A stretch of 63,533 nucleotides of DNA, filler included, from Sluysia triapertura (taxonomy: Eukaryota): assembly GCA_046118255.1 (NCBI GenBank). It is 4 parts of 4 records of this genome, joined end to end, with 100 filler letters (N's around TTAATTAATTAA, not from the genome) between each part and the next. Parts side by side here need not be neighbours in the genome. Positions count along the whole stretch, not along the records: positions 18,044 to 29,099 come from JBJNIA010189530.1; positions 29,200 to 52,603 come from JBJNIA010204040.1; 2 more parts are not named here. One strand, given 5' to 3'. The notes under the pieces are model-generated. The model was not told the DNA's origin. It made no database searches and was given only the letters and a program-made list of their open reading frames with translations. Made by a program: the position numbers and the translations under genes. Shown here one piece after another: positions 26,101 through 39,062 of the stretch; positions within the stretch are counted from its first letter, which is position 1; every line of letters begins with the position of its first letter.

Positions 26101-27908
26101 AAACTAAATTTCTTTTTTGGAAAATAAGATTTTTAAAGATTGTGATAATATTTTAAATGATCACAACCTAACATAATCTATATCTTGGATCAATGTAGCG
26201 CTACTGTGAAATATGTCGATTGCCACATTAAGTTTTCTTTTTAATTACTTACAAGTTTTTGAAATAAACGAATCGTAGACGTAGTTCAAGAATTCAAAAG
26301 AGAATGATCCAAGTGCCTGATACTAATAATTTATATATTAGCTTAAGGATAAGTACGAGGTTTCCATCACTCTCGGAATTGGCCAATCTGCATAAATTCT
26401 AATACAGCTACCTCGATATTCTATATATCAATGTAAAATGATTTCTGAATACATTTCCACGAAGTGCCATAAACATGAATTCAAAATTTTTGTTAAATCT
26501 TACTTTCACATTTATTGGTCGATAGTATATCTGAATTCCTGATGTCGTCCGAGACTTGATTTTCCATTAAAAATAGAATCAATATTAAACAAGAACTAAT
26601 TGGATATCTTCAATGTTCAATGATCATGAAATAATTATAAATATATTATGAATAAATTTATAATTAAAAAATCGATATATTATAGTATCTTTTCCTTATT
26701 TTTTGATCGAAATGAGTTCAAAAGCAAAATAATCATCAGAATCAAGTGTATCAAGCCATCATCAAATAAATAAATTATCTCCAATCAAACTGAAACGATT
26801 CAAAGTTTTATTTAAATAATAGACTTACTGACGGCTAATAATACACTTTCTGATTACTATCAATGATTTCAAATTGGTAAAGAGGGACATTAGATATGTT
26901 ATTCAAAGATTTACAAGCTGTAATACGATCTAAAAGATTGGAAGTTGAGAAAAAATGCAACTTAATGTTAGTATCGGTATTATTGTTACAAGTGTTACAA
27001 ACTTGACTTTCTGTTTATACTTATTAGGGTCATTTGTCTCCAAAAATCAATTCCAAAGTTTTGCATTACCTTAATATAATAAAATTAAAACTTAGCTATA
27101 ACTCTCTGAATACAACATTCGTAACTTGTGTCGTATAATCATTTTAACTTAATTTTAATTAAAGTAATTATTTTCACTTTTTTTAAATTCAAATAAACAT
27201 TGTTTATTATAATAAATATTTATTAAAATATAATTAATTTATCTTAATTTATTTAATTTCGGTAAATATTAAACAAAAACAAAATCGTATTGTTTCCAAA
27301 AATAAAATTACGTCAATAGATAATAACAGTTAATATTAATATTAGAAACACATTTTGTACAAGAAATATGTATTGAATTTTTAAAATAAATTATTTTCAC
27401 CATTGAAATTTAAACAAAATAAATGACATAATGTTTGTTTTGATGAAAACGTTTGTTTTAATATATACAATTTGTATTATGATTTTTTATGATTATGATT
27501 ATACTAGTAATAACAATAATAATAATAATTACAGTTATAATTATTATTAACATTTTAAATACAAATATGAAATTGTTACTATCGATTCATTTTCTTAATT
27601 GATGATAAAAAAGTAACAAAAATTTATACAAATTTGAGCAATATAATTTTTTCAATTATATTAATATATTTATAAAAATTTATATTTTCAATATGTTTCT
27701 ATATACTTTACTGCATGATACTTCGAAATTAAATAATAAGTAATAATAAATTATTAATGAAACATTAATAAATAACAATAATTCGTACATTATTTTGTAG
27801 TATTCGTGACTGTCAGCAAAGTACTTTTAATAATTTAATGTGGTTTACAAATCAATGTATTACTGATGATTCAGCTTTTGTTCAAATGAACGTTTGTATT
27901 TACTATGC

Positions 27909-29099
27909 CAGGGCTTCTTAAACTGTGGGTCGCGAGACTACTGAAAGGGGGTCGCAAAGATCTGATACTTTTCAATCATTATAAATAAAATTTTAAAATT
28001 AGTATACACACTACGTACAAATATAAATACAAATAAAAATCATACAAAATACTATTGTAGTTTTATTATAACTATTTTTTGAAAAAAGTGGCAATGCAAA
28101 ACTGTTATGTAGGGCCTATAAATGAAAATATGGAAGTAGCATTTAAAATAATAAATACAACGCGCTCCTCGATTTTCAACTGAACGTTCGACATTGATGT
28201 CTGGCCGCCGGCGTCAGTGTTTGCAAGATAACTTAGTGATTATAAGTACCCAGACGCCGCGTCGCCTTACAGCTTACACATACAATACGGAAGCATAATC
28301 AAGCTAGGCTAGGCGAATCGGCATATTATTTTTATAAAAGAATAATAAAAAAAATTAAATGAAAGCTTCTTTTTCGGCGTCTTTGTGATACGGTGCCTTT
28401 GTGCGCTGCACACTTTGAACACGCCATGCGTCGGGGTTGATCTGATCGTAATTTGTTGTCATTGCACTGGTAAAGATTCGTGTGTAGTTATTTTTCTGTT
28501 TGTACTTCAGTTTGGACTCAGCTTTGTCTTCGTAGTGACATGTGTGTATTTACTGTGTAATTTTCAGTTGGTGTTTTTAATTATTACGTTAAAGTTCAAC
28601 TACATTTTGTTTAATTATTTATTATTATTTAACCATCATGGATAAATGGCTAATTAAAATTCCAACTAATAAGTCTGCCACGCCGTCACAACCAAGTTGC
28701 AGTGCTTCAAATCCGACTTCTAGCAAAACAAAAAAAAGAAAATATGACGAATCATATTTGCAGTATGGCTTCACATGCTCTTCTCACAACAATGAAGAAC
28801 AACCAGTGTGCTTAATTTGCCAAGAAGTTTTGGCTGCAGAAAGCATGAAACCGTCAAAACTGCAACGACATTTGAATACTAAACATGCAACGTTATCAAA
28901 AAAGCCAATAGAATATTTTGAGCGTCTTTTGCAAACATCAAATAAAGAAAAGAACACTTTGGAGAAGTATGTTACTTTGAATGATAAATATCTATTGGCA
29001 TCGTATGAAGTTTCGTATTTGATAGCAAAAACGAAAAAGCCTTTTACTATTGGAGAGCAACTTTTACTACCTGCAGCTATAAGAATGTCTGAAATTGTT
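27909..29099 (+). mobile_element. Buster/Charlie-type hAT DNA transposon, 5' end, cut by the contig end
   Basis: Terminus CAGGGCTTCTTAAACTGTGGGTCGCG preceded by the 8-mer tactatgc, which fits the Buster NNNTANNN target pattern. GGGTCGC subterminal repeats, GC-richer than its flank, followed by a transposase ORF. Confidence 0.88.
28638..29099 (+). CDS. hAT (Buster / ZBED5-SCAND3-like) transposase, N-terminal BED zinc finger; truncated by the spacer
   Basis: MDKWL start, KKRKYDESYLQYGF, C-x2-C (CLIC)...MKPSKLQRHLNTKH, ASYEVSYLIAKTKKPFTIGEQLLLPAA. No stops up to the Ns. Confidence 0.9.
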
Positions 29100-29199
29100 N
29101 NNNNNNNNNNNNNNNNNNNNNNNNNNNNNNNNNNNNNNNNNNNTTAATTAATTAANNNNNNNNNNNNNNNNNNNNNNNNNNNNNNNNNNNNNNNNNNNN
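29100..29199. other. Artificial contig-joining spacer
   Basis: Same 100-nt structure. Confidence 0.95.
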
Positions 29200-29559
29200 G
29201 TTGGCCATTAAGTTGGTAAGTCCAATACGTTGGTGGACTCACTTCTTATATTTTTTAAGTCGCTTTATTCGCATACTCATTTCTTGCATAATTAATTCAT
29301 CAATCAAACTTTCTTCATGTTTATTGTTAGTGAAAGAAGAGAAGGGATAAAAATGAAAGATAAAAAAGAATTATAAGGAGTGTAGAAAAAGTGTGAGTAA
29401 TGTTAAAGGGGTTAACAGAAATTCAATTTATTTTAATGATATTTTTAATATTTTAAGTATAATTTTAATGATTTTTGATGTAATGAGTGCGTTAAGTGAT
29501 GATTTTTTGTGTAATGTGATGAATTAAAATTTTGTGTGATGATGTTGGCTACCACACTT

Positions 29560-29838
29560 TCAAATGTTTATCAAAGTCTCAAAGATCCTTAAAAGTTGAT
29601 GAAGTCCTAAATGGTCTCAAGGTTCATAAGTTCAAAGGTATCTAAACGCTTCAAAATATCTTCAAATGGTCTCAACACCTTATAAATGTTTCTGGAACTA
29701 CAAGACATTCTTCAATTCTCAAAATGATCATTTTCACTTCAATTATGCTTTATCTATTACCTTGTATTTATTCTTCCTGCATCTCTCAATTTCACGACTT
29801 CTTACTTCATCTCCATCCGCAGCTGGGCAATACGAACA
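29560..29838 (-). repeat. Repeat family A copy including the terminal ..GGGCAATACGAACA
   Basis: Matches 7439-7730 in the opposite orientation, including the TGT-start terminus. Confidence 0.65.
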
Positions 29839-29976
29839 ATAAGGCATTATCTTAAAGCATTACAATGACTAATGATAAAACTAAAAGCATAATTCAAAAT
29901 CATTGTGATTATTTTGTATTATTACATTATAGAAGTCCCACATAACACATGAAGATAATAAAAAATACTTAATACA

Positions 29977-30110
29977 NNNNNNNNNNNNNNNNNNNNNNNN
30001 NNNNNNNNNNNNNNNNNNNNNNNNNNNNNNNNNNNNNNNNNNNNNNNNNNNNNNNNNNNNNNNNNNNNNNNNNNNNNNNNNNNNNNNNNNNNNNNNNNNN
30101 NNNNNNNNNN
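29977..30110. other. Scaffold gap
   Basis: Plain run of N with no linker. Confidence 0.95.
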
Positions 30111-32309
30111 ATAAAAACATAATGACCTTCAAGGTCCTATCAGATGAAAAGCATGAATAAATATGTACTTATGCGACAAAAATATCAATGCATAAAACAT
30201 TAATAAAATTGACCAATCACAAAAAAGCACACTATTTAAACAGCACATGTCATTTAATATGTGAAAAGGTCACTTAAAATTGCTCATTCAATTATTTTAG
30301 TTGTCACAAAAACAAAATCGTATTGAATTATCAATACCAAGCAAAATTGGGCACAATTTGTAACATCAATTTAATTAGGGTTTAGGTAGAACCTAGTTTC
30401 GAATTTAAATTAAATTAAGTTAGATTTTTATTGTTAAGTTTTTACATCCTTAAGTATACAATATGTAAATTAAAATAGAACAATTATTATAGCGCATTAT
30501 AAATTTAATCTGGTCATAAAAACTAATTGGCGCCATTTTCAAAAGCCATTTTAAGAGGCTTTAAATTAAAGGAATTATTCAAAAAGATAAACAATATAAA
30601 GTTTTCAAGTTCTGTTTTAAAAAAGAGCATAAAATACATTTGTAAATTAAATGCTATAGCGGTGCCAGGTTTTATTTTTTAAAATTTATTTCATCTTAGC
30701 AAAACTTTTTAAGTTACGCCATCATTTCAGCATATTTATTTTTGGTGTCCCCAACTTACTAAAAAATCATAACGCCACTATACAAAAAACACCTTTTTAA
30801 TAACAAAATGAATTTTCTGTTTCTTATAAATTAAATATTATGAAAACAACAGTTCTAATTATTTAGCAAAAATAAAGAAAAATTAACAAAATTAAATTTT
30901 AATTCTTTATATCAAAAATGCAATATTATGTCTGTTAATATTAATATTAATATTTTTTCAACACGTCGCTGTTATTTAATAGCTGCTATTTCGTGATTAT
31001 TATAGCAGTCTGCTAACGTTATTTTTAATTAACATCTAAAAAATAGCAGAATACCAAATAGCATAACATCTCTAGTGCAAATGTATAGTTGCTTTGAAAT
31101 TTTATTCTTGGTTATTGTTCTACATCAAGAACGTAAATTATGGAATGAGATGATGGAATTACTTGAATTGGTAAAAAACAATAAATATTCAAAGAAAAAA
31201 CAAAACTTTGATTGTAAAATCTAACAATTTTAAAATTTTTATTTCACACGCCCAAATTATTATCAAGCGTCCAGTTCGGTGGCTTGTCCCCTAGTTTGCT
31301 CACTTTTCTTCTAAGAAAATATTTGGATTATTTAACTGTTTCCTCTGAGCAAATCTATAAAAAACATTTTTGTATAATTACAAATATTACAGAGTCATGA
31401 TCAATTATTTTCTACTTGTTTACATTTAGAGATACTCAAAATGTGAATTGAAATTTATTTTAATAGGCTACGTGTATAAATGTATTTTATATTGGTAATG
31501 TTAACAATAACATTATTATTATTTATTACTATGTCTCTAATGATCTTAGAGAGTGGTTATAATGAAAAGCAATAACATGATTTTTCTTGAATTTAATTGG
31601 ATAATAGTTAGTGACATACCTGTATATAATTCCGACATACAATTGAAATAATTAGATGAGGGTTTTCAAAGTTTTTAAAATCGAGATGCATACTAATAAA
31701 AAATAAGTGTGTAACTCTGACCTGCTCGAATATAGTTTGCAGTTGTGCAACTTTTTAAAAAATGATTCTTGTAATTTAAATTTCATTTTTGTGATTGTAA
31801 TCAGTCGAAACATTATTCTCCAGCGCACAATTAATCGACACATAAAACGATCATAAATTCTGCTCCACATCAGTTATTACACCTTTTCAAATCTTCCATT
31901 CACCTGCAAAACCCTTCATACATTTACGTCTTCATATCTTTTAGTCACTGTTTATCAGCTTTAACATTGACTTCAAAATAACCATATTTAAAAATGTACT
32001 ATTATTACTACAGAAAGCACAATATTTAAATAAATATTTGAATCTTCAAAACATTTGGAATTTTATGGTTAAATGGTTAAACTTGAGGGCGTTTGAAAGG
32101 TGCTTTTCGATAACGTTCTTCGTAGTATTTGTTGAAGTTATATGAGAATTTAAATTTTCTGTTAGAAACATTGTTAAATTGTTTGAAATCAAAAGATAAA
32201 CAATTTTTTAAAAAACACGACAAGAAACACGAATGTTAGTCCATAAACTTTTTTTCATTATAAAAATTAATATCGTAGCAATATAATATATGAACAAATT
32301 TTAAAAATA

Positions 32310-32470
32310 GTACAGTTGCAGGATATAATTACAGCTGTGTTGGATATGTCGGCGGTATTTGATGGTATGCTTTTGCGAGGTCCTTAGATAAGAAGACACT
32401 TCCTTCGGAGAACCTATATAGAATATCTGTGGTAAGAGGCATCGTGTAAGTGTCAGGTATTGTGACTTTG
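32310..32470 (+). mobile_element. Short LINE RT fragment
   Basis: AVLDMSAVFD followed by a decayed SYL.NR.Q.V-like segment. Confidence 0.45.
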
Positions 32471-34506
32471 TTGTGGATATACTTTTGTTAACTAATTTTT
32501 TACTCTGAGCCTTTCTTATATATACTCTGATACTCTTTGTTATTGTCCTTTTTGCTTTATGCTTTGTGGAGAACCACTCTGAATATAAAGTATAGAATTA
32601 AAAACAAAATAACAAAAAATGTCCTGAAATTGTTGTTTTCACTATGTCACAATGACATGAATTTCAGTAGTTTGTTTAATAAGTAGTCTAATTAACGAAA
32701 TATACTAATTAATTAAAATGTTGATTAATTTTTTCAAGGTCATTTAAGTTTAAACCTTATGTTATGGTTCTCAAAAGTTAAAGTATGCACAATATTCGGA
32801 TTATGATACTGAATCAAAAGTAGTTTCGTGTATTGCTTTATCATATTATGCTTAATAATAATAAAATTAAATTGGGGCTTAAGGTCCGTTACAAACTTTC
32901 CAATTATTAATAAATGATTACAAAAAGACCTAAGATTCACGATCAAGAAAAACTTCAAAATACATAAAAATAATTAAGCCTTAAATTTATTGTGGATTTT
33001 TTGTAGTTTGTAATTTGTGTAAAGTGGATTTAATGTAAAGTTTTATGTAATAAAGCTATTGCAGATGAATTTAATTTAAATATTTAAATGAAATTTTTAA
33101 TTGTTTGTGCGAAATGTGTACTTCTTTAATGTAAATCTGATCAACTGGGTATAAATTGTATATTGTCAATAGAATTTTTATCAACCGTATATAATATTTA
33201 CTTTTGCGTTTAATTACAAAATTTTAATTACAAAATTTTATTGTAGTACTACAATTCGAGTAGCTTTGTACAACTTTTAATTATAATTAATTCAACTTTT
33301 AATTAGTTAATTAATTTTTGTACTTTGTGGTTACATGTACTTTAATAATTTCTTCGAAATCAGTTCTGTGATTAAGCCAGTTTTGTTCTATCATGTCATA
33401 TATATATATACACCATTGTTTCTCCAAATAATTGTTAATCACATTGTGTAATATAGTACTGGTTATTGATATTTTCTTTAGTAAATTTATATTATTAAAT
33501 TAAAAGTAAATGCTAGGGCTGGGACTTTGAAGGATTTTCCTGCACCGGTGCACCGAGAACAACCCTACTCAATAATTAAACTCCCACTGAATGATATGAT
33601 AATAATATATTATTCAGTTAAATATAATATAATAAAAACAAGAATGAAATTACAATGTAACGTTATGAATTTCAATGGATTTTTAATAAAATAAAGGTGG
33701 AACCAGATGTATGTATTATACTATATATGTATATTTTATAGTATATAATGAAACACTATTATTCCAGAATGAGACATGTTTTATATTATAAAACATTGAT
33801 TTTTTTACAGACAGTTTAACTTTCTAAAATATTGATTTTTTTCTATCCAAATTAAAATACACATTAACCCAATAATCCAATAACCCAATGTTTTTTTTGT
33901 AGTGAGTATTGTTAATTTTGGATTGTGCATATAATTGAATTTGTTATTTCATTTCAATATTAAAAAAATTCTGGAAAAAACAAAAATAAAACCCTAATAA
34001 TTTTGTCTAAATATTGTAAAGTAACATCAGAGTTTTCGTCGCATTAATTCTGTTTAGAAGTTTTTTATTAAATTTTTGTTACTTTCCATTTTAAAAAATT
34101 TTAGTTTCTTATGCCACACAACATTAGCAAGTTTTCTCCAATGAAATGTGAATTGGCACTGATGCAACCAATTGGTACTTCATTAGTTGTCAGAATTAAT
34201 ACCTCGTAACGTAATAATTAATCATTACTATTACAAAAAAAATGAAACAGCGTAATTGAAAATATTTATCAAATAAAGTTTCGATATTTTACAAAAAGCA
34301 ATTTAAATGTTATCGATTTTTGTGAAAAAATTTAATATTGTTTTGAAAGTTTATCAAATTCGTATCATGATCCATAATAAGTGAGATTCTTCCATATTCT
34401 AATAGATTAACTCGGATTAATTTCCATTCTAATTCATTTAAATACATCAATTTTAGTTTATCTTTCTGTAACATTTACTATAATTTACTATAAGACCCTA
34501 CACATT

Positions 34507-34525
34507 CTACAAATTGGTGTCAGAA
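34507..34525 (+). promoter_or_regulatory. LTR end plus primer-binding-site-like motif
   Basis: ..ctACA aat TGGTGTCAGAA has the spacing and sequence of a gypsy-type tRNA PBS. Confidence 0.4.
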
Positions 34526-35509
34526 ATAAGATTGATGTTTAAATACATGAAGGAGTCTTGAGGATTTAACGTGAGAAGTTGTAAGAATTGAGATGTGTTG
34601 AGCGTGCAGTTGCATATATGCGGAAACTTGTAATAATTTTAGCTTTGAGTCATCACACCTGTTTATTCACATTTGCCTATTGATTTCTATTTCTGCTTTG
34701 TTATTTGGAGATGGTTCTGGTTGCTTTTCGATGTTTATAAAGGGTAACGTGAATATTTGTGCAACACAATATTATATTTCAAATATTTTTCATTTAAATT
34801 GTTTTGTGTAATATTTACATTATTTACAGAATTATTATAGTTTATTTCTTTCGCTGCAGAAAAATTGTGTTTTTGTTTATTTTTATAATAACTACATCTA
34901 AATTCTCGAATATAATTGTTATTTTAACCTGGCACATTCTGGCACATGTTGACTTCTTTATTGAGATTGAGGTAGCAATGATCTATCCCCAATCTACCCG
35001 ATACAATCATTAATCGTGTGCATAAATTTGACAATAGACAAAACTCCTGTTTTCTTAAGAATTTTATTTCGTACAAAAGTTGAAAAGCTTCAAATTATTT
35101 AAGTTTGTTTACATAAAATAATCGTCTACTAAAATAGTAAATAATTGTTTATATATCAAAATACAAAATATATGAATGTCATAAGAAAATAAGGTCAATT
35201 TATCAATTACAATGTGTCGAAATTATTCAATAATGTGCTACGAATAATTTGATACCGAATAGTTGTTGAAGTCTCTGTTTCTTTAGGAATTTTTTCATTT
35301 TCATACATTATAACAAACAAGGCTCAAAATTTGATCTTTCGTATATTTTAACTTTATTTATTTTAAGAGTTATACATATTTAAACTTAGTGTTGTATTGT
35401 AGAGATTGCTATCTCAGTAAATTAAATTTCTTAGCTGTTTCAGTAACTATTTCAAAATCAATACTAAAACAATGATTAGAACCATTAAAGACGTCAATTT
35501 TAATATTAA

Positions 35510-35631
35510 AACGTTGAATGCCACGCTAATTTTACATGGCTTGCCCGTCTGACCAAAACGAATTTCTCAGTATGTGTTTCTAATAATCTTGGCTTCGCAG
35601 GTCACCGGTTACCCCCATGGCATTCAACGTG
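35510..35631. mobile_element. piggyBac-type MITE (122 bp)
   Basis: TTAA on both sides (35506-35509, 35632-35635). TIR aACGTTGAATGCCAcG / CATGGCATTCAACGTG, 14 of 16 bases matching. Confidence 0.78.
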
Positions 35632-36284
35632 TTAAATAATCAAAATGCTATATAACGTAGGGTCCACTATGGATGGTATCACATTTTTCAATTGTTTAGT
35701 AATAATTCTGAAACAATAAATGATACGTTAAAGTGAGGAATATACGAATTTTGAGACCGGTGATTTATTTAGTTTGTTTCTTGACTAAATTCAGTATCCG
35801 CGCTTTTATTTTTCGTAGAAAAAAAATACTGAGCCCCCTATAGCTCACCACTGAGTAAGGCTAATAAATGATTTAACAATGAAAGTCTATGTAAATTTTG
35901 TCATTTGTTTTAAAACGTAGACTTTTAAACTTTCAATTAATTTCACATAACATTTTACAAGCTTCTTCAAACCCTTACGTTTTCTTCAACCAAATCTAAA
36001 CTTTTAAATATATTTTCATTAATTAACAAATATTGTATCAAAACCTACATTATTAATATTTTAAATTGTTTGGTTTTGAATTTTTAACTTATTAATTCGT
36101 AATTACTTTTTGTCTTATTATTTCAACTCTATTTCTTGAGAATGTGGTAGTGATATGAATAAATGAGAAAGAGAGTTGGCGAAATAAGTTGATATGTTTT
36201 GAAAAATTTAAAAGTTATTACATAACTTATATTACAGATCAACTGATACAGTTCTGTAATTATTAAATTATTTAATTATTTTAG

Positions 36285-37615
36285 AAAACAAATTCTGTTG
36301 GTAAAGAAATGGAAATTACAGCACCATCTTCAATAAATGATGCAAGTTCCAGAAGTGGTACTAAAGTATCAGAATCACCAATAAATTTAACTCCTGTGAA
36401 TCCTGTTTCTGAACAAATACATTTTCTAAGAACAGCTGCAATAGAAAGTAATGCACGTGCAGATAAATTGTTCCAAAAACAGAACGATCCAGTTAGTTCA
36501 TTTTGTATGAAATTGAAGTTTCCCTGAATCATAAAACATATAATCGTGCCTGAAAGATCATTATTTATCTGTAATTTCAAAAAAGATACTGAATTTTTCT
36601 AAAATGAATTGTGGTTTAATACTCAAAAGAACTGAATAAAACAACTTAGAATCAACATAGCTTTAAGTATCTACAGCTGTGTAAGCCACTACTATCCATT
36701 CATAAGCGACGTCAGAAATGTGTACACTTCTCGTGTTTATTAGAAACTTGTAATAATATGTATTGTTTAGTCTACTAATTGACAGACTGACGTGTGTATC
36801 GATCATTTAAATAAGCGAAACAATTTTTTATGTTAGTGTGCCGACAGTTTTGTTATTAAAAAATTATTTAGATCTTGGTTTATTATTATTTCATGTATTT
36901 TATAGACATGTTTGAAATAATAAACGCTTGACATAATTTAACAGGGTTATTTTTCCACACCTGTTGAGTTTTAAGCAATCTTGGTACAAACACGAAGATA
37001 TGGTGTTCAAAATTAATAAAAGGGGAAAGTTTCAGACCGTTTTCAAGGTCAAATTTAAGAGTTTGAATTCAATCTAGAAAGAAGGGCAACTGAACTAACT
37101 TTGTAAGCTCATATCATATATGGTGATATACATATTAAAATTTCTTTTAATAGTTACAATACATAAAGCCCCAACTAAACGCTTATATTCTACGAATTGG
37201 ATGCCATAAACTTATGTTTAATGAAACACCATGGTGCGATTGTTACGCGGAATTGACTTCCGAATGTATAGACCGTCGATTAATTCAATTTAAATTTGAT
37301 ACTTTTCTGTGTTAATAGATTCACAAAATATTCGCTCCATCAGATTTATCACTGCGGCCTTCTCAACTTGAAACATTGCAGAAAACTTATCAACAAGCAT
37401 CGTCTATTGGTAGCAATATCATAATGAAATCCTCTCAAAATTCGAATCCGAATGTGTGTGATATTCTGCAATCTTATATGGATCAATTTCCAAAGAATGT
37501 TTCTCAGTCTACAATCAATCATTCAGTCACCGGTACTAGCGGCTCATGTTCGATTTCTAAACAAGATCATCATGATTTGTTATGTCAGTACCAAAAATCG
37601 GATATTAATCGATGG
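36285..37615 (+). CDS. Two phase-0 exons (36285-36491, 37319-37615) of an unidentified Ser/Asn/Pro-rich protein
   Basis: Both segments are stop-free, bounded by tttag/gttagt and aatag/gtaaac, and splice in frame (KTNSVGKEMEITAP...QNDP | IHKIFAPSD...DINRW). Flanking exons were not found. Confidence 0.55.
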
Positions 37616-37695
37616 GTAAACAAACTTTAATTAAATTACAAATAAATATAACTAAATTATTAAATCTTTAAAGTGTGATACAGAGTAGTTATGTA

Positions 37696-38257
37696 GAGTG
37701 GGGGCCAAATTATTAGATTAAAACAAGGAAAATATGTTTTTCTTTGGTTTTCTTAATATTTGGTAACCTAGCCTGGAAACTTTCCAGACATGAATACCAA
37801 AAAAAATCTGTGGGAGATTGTCAAAAGGAGAGTTTCTATCCATAACCCACCAGGACGGAACTTATTGAAACCCTGATAAAGATATGCCATCACGATGACG
37901 AGATCAAAGATTTGGGCCCCAAGATCATCCGTGGCGTGCCTTTAAAGATCAGGAAATTATTGGATAACAAAGGATGGCAAACAAAGTACTGATACAACAG
38001 TTTGTACATATTTGATTTGTGGTAAATTGTGTTATTCTGCATGGCTAAAATTTTTGTATGTTTTGGATCTCAGTATTTTTATTTATTATTTTTTACTTTC
38101 ACCAGAATTGTTTTGGAGAAAGTAGTTATTTTTCAACATTTTACATTTTCGTGACAATGATGTTGTACACTTTTGATTAATAGTTTCATAGTATCCTTGA
38201 AAAATGTTGAATTTTATCACAAAAATGGTCTTTAATCTAATAATTTGGCCACCACTG
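37696..38257 (+). mobile_element. Non-autonomous Tc1-family deletion derivative
   Basis: About 27-bp TIRs (gAGTGGgGGCCAAATTATTAGATTAAA / TTTAATCTAATAATTTGGCCACCACTG) with TA on both sides. Internal PGNFPDMNTKKNLWEIVKRRV is a decayed SPDLNPIENLW motif. Confidence 0.82.
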
Positions 38258-38997
38258 TACATGTTACTACTTACCCGATATAAATAATGTTTAATAATTA
38301 GCGTCACTAAATTTCCACAATTACTTTTGTTATAGATTCGTTGGTATTTTCTCTTATTTACTAAAGGTTGACTTTGTCAGTGGCCAATAGAATTCCATTA
38401 TTTTCACATTTTCTATGCATCTAAATCTGTATTTCTTGCTTAAAATAATGAAATATGTTTGTTGACTTCAATTATATTTCAATATAATTTCGAATCTAGT
38501 ATGGATTTCTTGGAATACTATTCCTATTTTCGCCAAGTGTCTTTATTCTGTGTACAAGATGTGATTTGAATGATGGGTCCGCCTGCAGTAAGCGTCTTAT
38601 ATCCTACTGAAAGACACCCATATGTATTAGAATTTAACAGCAAAATCGAATTTGAAAATTAAGTAAAGAATTTACATAGTTTTTGAAGATGATAATGAGG
38701 TTGTCAATCAGCTCGCTTTGTTTGTTTGTAGAACTTATTTAGTCATTTATCTTTTAACACGTGTTTAGCTATTTAATTTTAATGATTAACTCGTGGTTCG
38801 TAAAATACCCTTTGTGTGTTAGGAATTTTATAACTCATACGAAAACAAGCTTATTTGACTTAGTAAAACCTTGCTTTTAATATTTTCTAGTACATTTTAT
38901 AATTTGTCTTCAATTAATTAAGTTAATATTTCGAATTATGAAATTATTTATTTATTCTTGTGCATACCTTGTAAGTTCGTATTTGTATCCTCTAATT

Positions 38998-39004
38998 GAT
39001 AATG

Positions 39005-39062
<58 letters not shown>
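38998..39062. repeat. (AAT)n microsatellite
   Basis: About 20 units. Similar tracts occur at about 1022-1056, 9480-9527, 22275-22345 and 42076-42106. Confidence 0.95.

Noticed and set aside
28385-28645. 86-aa hydrophobic ORF upstream of the transposase
   Set aside because: GTG start within the T-rich transposon leader; no evidence of coding function.
33514-33567. Tiny TAGGG...CCCTA hAT-like MITE (similar weak cases at about 30655-30780 and 35830-35853)
   Set aside because: TIRs are too short and there is no matching 8-bp TSD.
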